Shown: positions 20,101-29,700 of the stretch, piece by piece | Layout of the letters: each line of letters opens with the position of its first letter | Position numbering within the stretch: position 1 is the stretch's first letter | Origin: Phaeosaccion multiseriatum | Lineage: Eukaryota > Protista > Ochrophyta, other classes | Direction: 5' to 3' | DNA: 64,000 bases | Assembly (NCBI GenBank): GCA_965112735.1 | Contig: OZ218956.1 | Location: 620,001 to 684,000 of the forward strand | Position numbers and translations under genes: made by a program | Notes under the pieces: model-generated | The model's input: only the letters and a program-made list of their open reading frames with translations | Databases searched by the model: none | What the model was told of the DNA's origin: nothing

Positions 20101-23091
20101 GGGGATGGAGCGGGCGGAACGGGGTGGAAAGGAGAGGGGCGGGGTGGTCAGCCAGGCAGGGCGAGGGGGGAAGAAGCGGCACTCAAACCAGACTACTACC
20201 TACCCACCCACCAACCCATCTACAGGGGAGGCTCGCTAGTGTATGGTACTGACCTGGGTAGAGCATGCTGTTTCCCTCAATGGCGACGCCGAATCGCCAC
20301 TCCACATACATATCCAAGATAATGCAGCCCCGAGTGTACACGCCGTGCAAGGAGGCGGTCAGGGCGAAGGCCACCACCACTAAGGGGGCAGGGAGGGGAG
20401 AGGAGTCATGCAGCATGCAGAGCAGTAGGGTGAGGAGCGACGGCAGGGGGGAGGGCAGGGGCGACAGAAGGAAGCGAACGGTGCCTGCCGTGCCTTCCTT
20501 CCTCCACGAAGGAGGGGCGGACGGTGTAGAGCCCTGTACACAGAGGGTATTGCGAAGTCGACCTTCATCGATTGTCGTCTCGCCCACCCCATAAAGTCAG
20601 GACGGCAGAGCAGAGAGAGAATACAGACATACACACACACACACACACCTGTGTACAGGATCTTCATCCACCCCACGAGAGAGGCGGTGTAGAGCAGCGC
20701 GGCGTAGGCCCCCAGATCGGAGAACAGATCCACCACCTCTACGCACGAGAATATGCTGACCCACGTCATTTGGCCCTTCAGAAAGGCCTGAGGGAGGAGG
20801 GTGCGTGTGAGCATGTTGGTGATATTAAAGAGGGGAGGTGGACAGGTGAGTCACAGGGCCGGCAGGAGTGATGCATACGTGCGTGCGAGGGGGGGGGGGG
20901 TTAAGAGGCAGGGGGGGAGGAGGATCGACTCTCTCGAGGAAAGACACGTGGAATCTCCACTTCTCACCCTCATGTCGTCGTCGAGCAGCATGTGGACCTT
21001 GGTGTCCACCTGCACCCGCCGAAGAACCAACTTGTCCAGAAAGACCCATCCCATGACCACGGCCACCAAGAAAGCCCCTGTGATGAGGAGGTACAGCCCC
21101 GTGAGCGTCCCGTCCTCCTCCAGCGGCAAGGTGCAGTACCAAGAGCCCTCCTCTGCCACGTCGGACTCTTCGCACGCCTCGCAAGTGCTGCTGTTGGTTG
21201 CCGCCATCTGTGTGGAAAATGTGTCCACTGGGCAGGCGCTGCAGGCGGAGACGTCCCCCTGCCCTGAGGAGGCGGAGAACGTACCCGCGGGGCAGTCCAC
21301 GCACAGAGCCGAAGAGGTGAGGCCCGTTGCGGGGCCGTATGTACCCGCGGGGCAGGCGGTGCAGCTGCTGGCGAGCGTTTCGTTGCTGAAGAAGCCCATC
21401 GGACACGCGGTACAGGCAGACAGCAGGGACGTACTGGCTTCGACACTGGACGAGAAGTACCCAAGGGGGCAACTGAGGCAGGCAGAGCTCCCTCCCTCAC
21501 TCCCATACACCTCCTTGTACGTCCCGCTCGGGCACGCCACGCAGGAGAAGGTGTCGCTGCCGCTGATGGCCACTTTGTAGTACCCCGGGTCGCACACGCA
21601 CTGCGTCACGTTGAGCGCCCCCGTCGTCAGGGTTCGAGAGAAGGCGGGGCAGCTCTGGCACTCCAGGGCCTCCCCGCCTGCGCCGCCGAGGGCATCGAAG
21701 AAGCCCAAGGCGCACTCGCAGTGCCTCTGTGTCGTGCTACCCTGACTGGAGGTGGTGGAGTTGGCCGGACACGCGGAGCACACCTCACCCCCGCCTCCCT
21801 CCCCCACGCCCCCCACGATTCGATAAGAGCCAAAGTCGCACAGGGAGCAGCTGCCCTCCCCCCCCTCGTAGCCGTCCACACACAGACACTGCTCAAAGTC
21901 CGCGTAGGCGCCGTCCACCTCGGCGTAGGCGAGGTTCAGCACTCCCTGGGCCGCCGAGCCTCGATATGAGGTGGGGCAGGCGTTGGCACTGTCCCCCACC
22001 TGCCTCCACCAAGTGCTCGACTCGTCGCCGCTCACCAAGTACTCGGGAAAGGCATCGTCACCACTACTCCTGCTGCTGCTGCTGCTGCTGCTGCGAAGGA
22101 AGAGGTTGTCGCCAACAAGGAGCATCATGAGCTCTTCGAAGCCGTACTCGAAGGGCTCAGAGGAGAGGAGCAGCCCTTCATCCTCCCCCTCCTCGGGCAG
22201 GGATGGGAGAGACTCGTTAAAAGAGTTGCCCGAAAGATCCAACACGTAGAGCGCTTGCCCTACTTCCGTGGGGAGCGATCCGCCAATGCTATTGTCGCCG
22301 AGCATCACCACACTCAGGGCCTGCCCCCCCACCTGCCCCGACACCTCCGAACAGCTGCTGTCACCGCAGTACTGAAGGGACAGGGCCTCATCCATTGTCC
22401 CTGTGAGCGAGTTGTCACTCATGTCCAGAGTCTGAAGGCTAGGGAGGGCAATCACAGACTGTATTGCTTCGTACACGTTCTGCGTAAGCTGGTTTCCCCG
22501 CAGCGACAACCACCGGAGCTCAGGGAGGAGCCAGCTGGGCGCCGTCCTGTTCCAGTGCACAAAGGGGGTAGCGGTGGTGGTGCGCACTGACTCTGTGAGC
22601 CATCCAGAGGGAAGATTTGGCGAAATGGCATTGTGCTGCAAGAGTAGACGTCGGAGGGACCCCGCCCCCTGCCCCCAGTCGCCCGGGATGGAGATGAGCT
22701 GATTGGAAGCCAATATGAGGTCCTCGAGAGAGCCCATGCGCCCCAGGACGGAGGGAACGCCTCCATAGAGCGTATTCTCGGACAAATCTAGCACCTCCAG
22801 CGTGGTGAGGTTGCCAAAACTAGAGGTGGCCTCCGTTAGATTGCCCGCCAGCCCATTGGACGCAAGCATCAGCTCCACCACTTGCCCGTCCCTGCACACC
22901 ACGCCGAACCAGCTGCATAGTGAGGCCTCGCTACCTCCCCAACCACTACTGTTGGTCCAACTCCCGGCACTGCTGCTACCGCTGCTGCTACTGCTGCTAC
23001 TGGCCCCAGATGTGGCATTATAAAAGGTCATGAGACTATGGTAGTCGGCCTCGGTCCGTCTTGCGGCTGTCGCGAGAAGAAGAAGAAGCAT
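17126..23091 (-). CDS. Receptor-like membrane protein: signal peptide, plant-type LRRNT+LRRs, Cys-rich (ephrin-receptor-like/GCC2-GCC3-type) repeats, ~5 TM helices, disordered cytosolic tail
   Basis: Exons ~23091-20968, 20787-20649, 20379-20254, 19486-19337, 19067-18895, 18022-17126 join in phase. LCSWFGVVC N-cap, LxxLDLSxNxLxGxxP repeats, CxxCPxGT(Y/F) repeats, TM segments with VDLFSDL and GEDLPFLSLN. Start codon uncertain (in-frame upstream ATGs exist). Confidence 0.8.
18250..18765. repeat. (CAGT)n microsatellite, intronic
   Basis: Directly visible, about 500 bp. Confidence 0.97.
19509..20105. repeat. 54-bp minisatellite built from 24+30 bp related subunits, about 11 copies, intronic
   Basis: Unit GTGGAGGCATATGGAAAGAGAAGAGTAGAGGCGTATGGGGATGCGGAAGGTAGA recurs (e.g. 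19741, 19795, 19849). Confidence 0.92.
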
Positions 23092-23668
23092 TGCCAACTT
23101 GCATGCCGCCGTCCGCCCTCTGCCTCCTTCCTGGCCGCCACGCCACCCGCCCGGGCTGCGCCGTCGCATTGACACAGGCATGTGGCTCCACGACACGAGC
23201 TGCGCACAGGAGCAAAACGGGCAGGGAGCACATGGCACTACACTCGTCGTGTTCTATGTAAGGACTCCCTCCCTCGCGGCATGGCGCGTTAAGAACCCAA
23301 AAATGAAGCTCAGTAACTGACTACTGACGATAGACGAAGGTCTGGGTTGAGCAGTGGGCCCTGGCTGTTGCCTGTGGCAAAGGAGGGCAAAGGTCGGAAA
23401 CTATTGTCGTTCTCACAGGAAATGGATGCTTCTTTCGTCCATTCAGAAGTGCATCCTCCTCCTTCCTCTGGTGATGTTGCCGCTGCCACTGCTGTTGCTA
23501 CTGACTCCTGCTCTGCACTCCTGTTCTGTTTGGGGTGTCGCGATGGCCCGGGGCCGCACCTAGGAATCAGAAAAAGGAAGAAACGTGAAACGTAACGGTA
23601 TTTGTTGACATATCCCATCCCCCCTCCCCCCCACTCCTCTCCCTCCCACACACACGCAACTTGACGAT

Positions 23669-24351
23669 ATGCGAACTGCGTTTTTGCTGGGGCTTGGGGG
23701 CTTGCTGCAATGCTCGCGGGGGCTCGCTTTCGTGGCGCCTGCAGCTCATTGCTGCGCGAAGCAGCCGCAGCAGCAGCAGCGGACTAGACTTGCTATGGCA
23801 GACAAGACTCAGGATGAGGATATGAACGTACCATCAACCACACGAAGCTCATTCCTGTCCAACGGGCTGCGGCGTGGGGCGGCGGTAGGGGTGGTCCTAG
23901 GCACGGCGCTTACCGCCAGTGGGAAGTTCGCGTTCGCCGACGGCCTGGAAGACTTGAGCTCAGCCGACCCTGCTCCGCCCATGAGCCCGGAGGCAGCTGA
24001 GGCGGACCGTATCAAGTAAGAGGAGGGAACATAGGAGGGGCAAGCATGCAAAAAAGAGGGTGGAATGATGACTTATGCACTCTCTCACTGAGCAGGAAGA
24101 AGCTGGCGGCTCAGGCAAAAGCGACAGGCTCAGCCCAATCAGGAAGGCAGTCCTTCTCGGTGAGTGCAACTCAACGTCCTGTCCGCTCTCCTTCGTCCAC
24201 TTCGGAAGTCTGAACGTATTCCTTCCACCCTTTCTCCCCGCACCGGCAGGACTCCAGGAAGGCCGAGCTGGAGAAGCAGGCGGTGCAGAAAGGCAAGACC
24301 AAGAAGCAGAGGCAGCAAGACCTGTGCGAGGCCCTCGGCCGTGGGTGTTGA
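23669..24351 (+). CDS. Small plastid protein, probably thylakoid-lumenal, unknown function, with C-terminal Cx6C
   Basis: Exons 23669-24015, 24093(or 24096)-24159, 24250-24351. Signal peptide ..SRGLA-FVAP, then RR + hydrophobic stretch + AFA-D cleavage motif; charged helical mature part ending QQDLCEALGRGC*. Confidence 0.75.
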
Positions 24352-24656
24352 CAAGGGAGGACGCGTCTTCCCGCGCTACCCGCCCTTGGCCTTGCTCGTC
24401 CCCTCCGGTCACACGGAGACCCACACTGATAGATAGACAACAACGACTAGAGACAATGCCATCTATTAATTCCCTGTACACTCGCACATGGAGAGAGAGG
24501 GGCTTTATGCATCCCAAGGGATACCGAGGCCACGTAAGCCCCACCTGCGTCGAGAAGGTGGGCAGGGCACTTTCGGAGCAAGCAATGGGGTCGCCGTGAC
24601 TTAAAAGTATATATACAAGCGCCACTCTGAAGGCTCTCCCCACAAGAGGGGGGCTC

Positions 24657-26371
24657 TCACTGGAGAAGCAGTGAGCAGCAGACGCAGGTTGTGGCCACCC
24701 CGACGATATCCATCACGACCTGTACGCCTGGTCCGGCGTTTGCCGGGTCAGCTCCGAGAGCACTTAATGCAAACGGCAGGGAAGTGCCTATGACCACTGA
24801 GGACATAACAATGAGGAGGAGAGACACTGTGAAGGGAAGGGGGAGGGCGGGAGAACAGGGAAGGGGACGAGTGAGGAGACGGCTGCTCAGAGACGGCTGT
24901 GCGGGGACAGGGAGGCGTGTTGGAGCTGGATAAGAAACGCGGGGGATAACGCAACGCCCCCCCCCTGGTCCTTCCCATCCTGCCTGGTATGGCCCCCGCC
25001 CTGCACCCAGAGAAGCCATACACTCAAGGGACTCTCTCATTCTTCCATGGGAGCCCCGCTGCTGCCCTCCCTCCCTGTCTGTCTGTCTGTCTGTCTGTTT
25101 GTCTCCATCTAGAGACTCCAGAAGCGCACCTGCAATGGCAAAGGCGTCGCCAGCGTCGCCTGCGGAAAAGAAATACACCCGAAAGAAGCCCCCTGCCCGC
25201 AAAGCACACCAGCAGCAACGAAACGACAGCGAGGGAAGGGAAAACGGTCCGTGACTCTGCTTGAACAAGGCAACACCGCCTCCCCCATCCCTCCTCCTTC
25301 TCGTTGTTCCACCCACCAATGAAAAGCCCTCCACCGAGCAAACAAGCCACGTTGGCCTGCTGCATCAGCACCCGGAGCCAGGCTCCTCTGGTGGGCTCTA
25401 TCTTGCCCGTCGCCAAGCCTCGGATCACCTTGATGGAGCTCTGAGCAAGCGGCGTCGCGCCATAGGGAATCAGGACAAGCAGAGCAGAGCAGGAGGGAAG
25501 GAGTCAGACCGCGCCAGCCCCCCTCCTGTGACGGGTGTGATGGGCGGCATCACTTGCAGAAGAAGTCAGCCAGTCGGTCAGTCAGTCAAGCAGTCAGTCA
25601 GGCTACTCTCTTACTTGGTTCCCCGCGTTGCCTCCGGCCCCCACAAGCATTGTGAGGAAAAGCGTTACGATGATGTGGTCCTTGAGTAGGTCCTGTCGCG
25701 GCAAAAGATGGAGCATGATAATGAGGGTCCGTCCGTGAGCAGAGAAAGAGGAAGGGCCCGAGGAGGGGGGGCGCCTTGTTCTCATCACCATTATATCTTA
25801 CCTCGAACCTCTCCAGCACTGCAGAGCTTGAACTCTGCAAAACGAGAAGCCCAAGTAGCCACTTTCCTCTCTGCTTGGTCAATAAAGTGGGTGGGAGCAC
25901 GCCGATAAAGCCGCGTGTTTTAGCCTCGAATGATGTGAGGAGTCAAAGAAAGGACTGAAGGGGGTGGGGCGCGCAGGTGAGACGGTGAAGCAGGCATGCG
26001 AAGACACTTACCGACCAGGCCTCGAGCAGAGGATCGCCGAAAGTGTCATCCTCCAGCAGAGATAGTGGCGGGCCTGAGGGGGTCCGTGCCCCTCGCTCCT
26101 TCTCCTGTCCTCCGCCGTCGTCTGTGATAGAGACGCCGTTCTTGTGGCCCTTCTTTCGAGATACAGCGGTATCGGCTTCAGGCTCTATTTCTCCCTCTCC
26201 CGTCTCAGCCGCCCGGAGAAGGGCGGTCCTCGGGCTGTCAGACGCCCGGAGAAGAGCGGCCCTCGGGCTGTCCCTCCATGAGAAGTGCCCTTGTCCTTGC
26301 TGCTGCGTATGTGGGTTGGGAAGCGCCCGTCGTCGACTCACATCGCGGGGGGAGCTCGTGGGGAAGGCCAT
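24657..26371 (-). CDS. MgtE/SLC41-family divalent cation (Mg2+) transporter
   Basis: Spliced RGKWLLGLLVLQSSSS, LFLTMLVGAGGNAGNQ|SSIKVIRGLATG, LGADPANAGPGVQVVMDIVG are MgtE membrane-domain signatures. 5' end uncertain (ATG 26371 or an upstream exon from 26586). Confidence 0.88.
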
Positions 26372-26724
26372 CCCCTTTCTTCCAGCTCTGGCCCTTCCCG
26401 TACGCTGGGGGGCTCTGTCGGAACAAGGATTACGGGAACGAATGAAGGATTGGGGATCGAAAAGAGGGGGGGAAAGGTGATTTACCTTCTCAAGCTCAAT
26501 GGCTGCCCGTGCCAAGCACCACAGCAGCACCAGCAGGACCAGAGAGCTCCAAGGAGAAGAGGCTTAGGCTTCCTTACAGCGCACATCAACTTTGAGTCGA
26601 TCAAGATCCAAACGTCGCCAGTTGGGAAGACGGACCACAACTGCCTCAGCGGGCCGAAACGCCGATTTTTGATTTTTTCTTTCCTCCATTTGGCCTCCTC
26701 CTTCTCGTGGAGTAGGGGTCAATA

Positions 26725-29700
26725 ATGTCGACCCTGGCAGCTGCGTCTCCTCCTGATAAGCTTCTCGATCTGCCGGTGTTCGACAATGCCGCCATTACGT
26801 GAGTGCTCGCTCCTTTTTGCTCTCTTTTTCCTGCTTGTCTTTGTGCTCTCTTTGCTCTGCAGAGTCCTCGCTCACTCACGTAAACTGCACGGTCTCAAAA
26901 GCTGAGAAACTCCCTTTGGCCCCCTCCTCTTTCCCTCTTTCTTCTGGTACACTGCAGCGATGGGACTTCTTTTATTACAACGGACGACTCGGATGCTCTC
27001 CATACCGAGGAGCTGGACGCTATCCGGAGCATGGACGGCTCTATGGGCCAGGAAGAGGTCCTCACCATGAAGGTGGGGAGCTTCGTGTGCCCTCAGGAGT
27101 TCCACAGTCACTTCACGCCTCTGGAGTTCGAGGAGGTGAGGCTGCAGAGCAAGAGTTGGTATCAAACACTAGGAGCGCCGCACCCCCTCGTTCCCTGACC
27201 TTCATCCTCCCTCCCCCCCCTACCTCAGCTCGTCCACACCTTCGAGCAGTATGACGTAGACAGAAATAAGGTTCTTAGTCTGGCCGAGCTGCAGAAGATG
27301 ATGCACGCCCTCGACCTGGACTACGACGAGGAGGCAGCTATGGTGAGTGAGTGAGGTCAAGGAAGAGGTGTGGGTGAGAAGAGGCCATCAGTGTCCGTTC
27401 CCCAGACCACACATGCGTGATATCGAGCTTGTTTACACGTGCGCCCCAACCCCGAAGCAAGCACCTAACACGATCTCTCTCTCTCTCTCTCGCTGTGGCC
27501 TCCCTCTCCAACAGGCCCTGCTGTCTCAGATCGATTCAGACAACAACGGCCGCCTCGAGTTCGAAGAGTTCGTGGGCTTCCTTGTGCGCGTCAAGCACGG
27601 AGACCACAAGCTTAGAGCCTTCGGGAAGCTCCCGGCCCAGCTCAGCACCACAAGCGTGGGGGTGCTGCAGGAGCAGGTGGGGCTGGGATAGCTCTCCCTC
27701 TCTCTATCGAATCTCCGTTAGCGCTTCTCTCTATCTCCTCTCCTTTTGCCCCTCTCTCTCTCTTCCTCTTTCCTTCTCTCATTCGCTCTTGTCTCTTCTC
27801 ACTTCTCCATTTTTCTCTCCCTCTCTCTCCCTCCCTCTCTCTCTTCTTCTTCCTCCGTCCCCCTCGTTCTCTCTTCTCTCCCTCTCTCCCTTTCTATGTG
27901 TGTACCTCTCCCAGGCCAATCGGCGAAATCTGAAGATGACCTTTGCCTTGGTGGAGCATCGTCCGGCGTCGTCGTACCATCCATACGAGTGCTTTGTGAT
28001 GGAGGTGCGCCTCACAGGTAAGGCACACACGCACACACGCCGGCACAAACACATACACACACGCCCACACACACACATACACGAACGCATGCACACACGC
28101 ACACACGCACACACGCACACATATACACACATGCACGCACACACATACACGCACACAAGTGTGGACCCGTCCCTTGCCATCCCCTGCGACTCTCTTCCCA
28201 CACACAGTGCGTCTCCGCCCCACCTATCCACTGCCATCCCCTCTTCCATCCACTGCCATCCCATACCCTCCCCCACCGCAGGCGACTGGTACGAGACCCG
28301 ACACGGAGCAACGCACCACACGAGTGGCATGCGCAGGTACACTTCCAATCGTGAGATGCTCGATAATACTGAAGGTCGAGGTCCACAAACTGACATTGAA
28401 CGTGAAACTAATGAAACCGCAGGTACCAGGGCATGGGCAGGACCACGAGGGACGCGCGTCTCGACGCCGCGCAGGTGAGGAGCAAGGACGGAGGGGTTGG
28501 CAGTGGATGGGATCGTCTGTCTTTGGAACGGAGTAGGTGGCAGTCGATGGAGCGGAGGGGATGGCGGTCTCTGGGGCTCTGCTGTGGATGTGGGTGGGTC
28601 GATCGGCCCGCTGGTGTTCCACTTCCCTTCCCCCGCCCCCACCAGACACGACCCTATCCACAACGCTTGACACCCTCCCTCCCTTTCTCCCTTCCTCCCT
28701 CCTCCCTCCTCCCTTCTCCCTCCTCCTCCCTCCCTCCGTCCCTCCTCCTCCCTCCTCCCTCCCTCCCTCCCTCCCTGCCTGCCTCCCTCCCCCCCTCCCT
28801 CTTCCCTCCTCCCTTCCCTCCTCCTCAGGTGGCGCTATCCAAGCTGAAAGCTGAGATGCCCGGTCTAAACTTCCCCCCTGGAGAGGTGCCGGAGGGGTGG
28901 CTGCGATGGCTCAAGACGAACCTCAAAGCCGGCGTACAGCTCAGGCTGCTTCTCGGACAGCTTCTCGCCAAAGGTGGGCACAGAGAGCGACTGCTGTTGT
29001 TGTTGTTGCTGCTGCTGCTGCTGCTGCTATGTCCCCTCAGCAAGGACTGCTTCGCCCCTCTTCTGCTCTATCGCTCTTCTTTTGCTATACTGTATTGTAG
29101 TACCAACTGCTCTGCTGTGAAACACCAACACCACCCCCCTCCCCCGACCCTCCCTCCCTGACATGGCATGACAGGCTTCCAGCCCTCCAAGAACGTCGTC
29201 CTGATGCAGCGGCTCCTGGCGTCCGCTCTGCTGGACAACCAACGCGCCAAGCACAACGTACCCTCCGCCCAGGCCCTGTGCGCCCGTGAGTCCGCCCTAC
29301 ACCCTCGCTGGGCCGAGTGGGCAGAGCACTGCCTGCGCATCGGCATAGACGGAGCCGTGGTGGTGGAGCTGCTCGAAGATGAGGGGGTGCCCGTGCAGAC
29401 AAGATTGCCGCTCTGTGCACAGAGACTGAGGCGCAACGAGGGGGGTAGCGTGGCAGAGCCGGCCTTCCCACGCCTGTTGGACTTCTGGCAGTGCTGCGCG
29501 GGGGGGCGGCGCGTCGAGGTGGAGCTGTACCTAGCGGCGGGGCAGAGGGCAGACGAGCCCCTTCCCCACGCCGCCAAAGGCACGGCGGCTCTGCCCCTCG
29601 CCTTGGCAGCCGCGAGCAACCATGTGGAGGTGGGTGACAGAGCAAGCACACAGGGTGCACAAAGCGAGAGAAAGGCGGGCTGAAGAGAGGCAGGGCTTAA

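Noticed and set aside
19400-20322. Repeat-protein ORFs (VEAYGKRR / HTPLLFSFHMPPLYLP) or a CRISPR-like array
   Set aside because: Contiguous 54-bp tandem units with no unique spacers and no cas genes; intronic in a eukaryotic gene.
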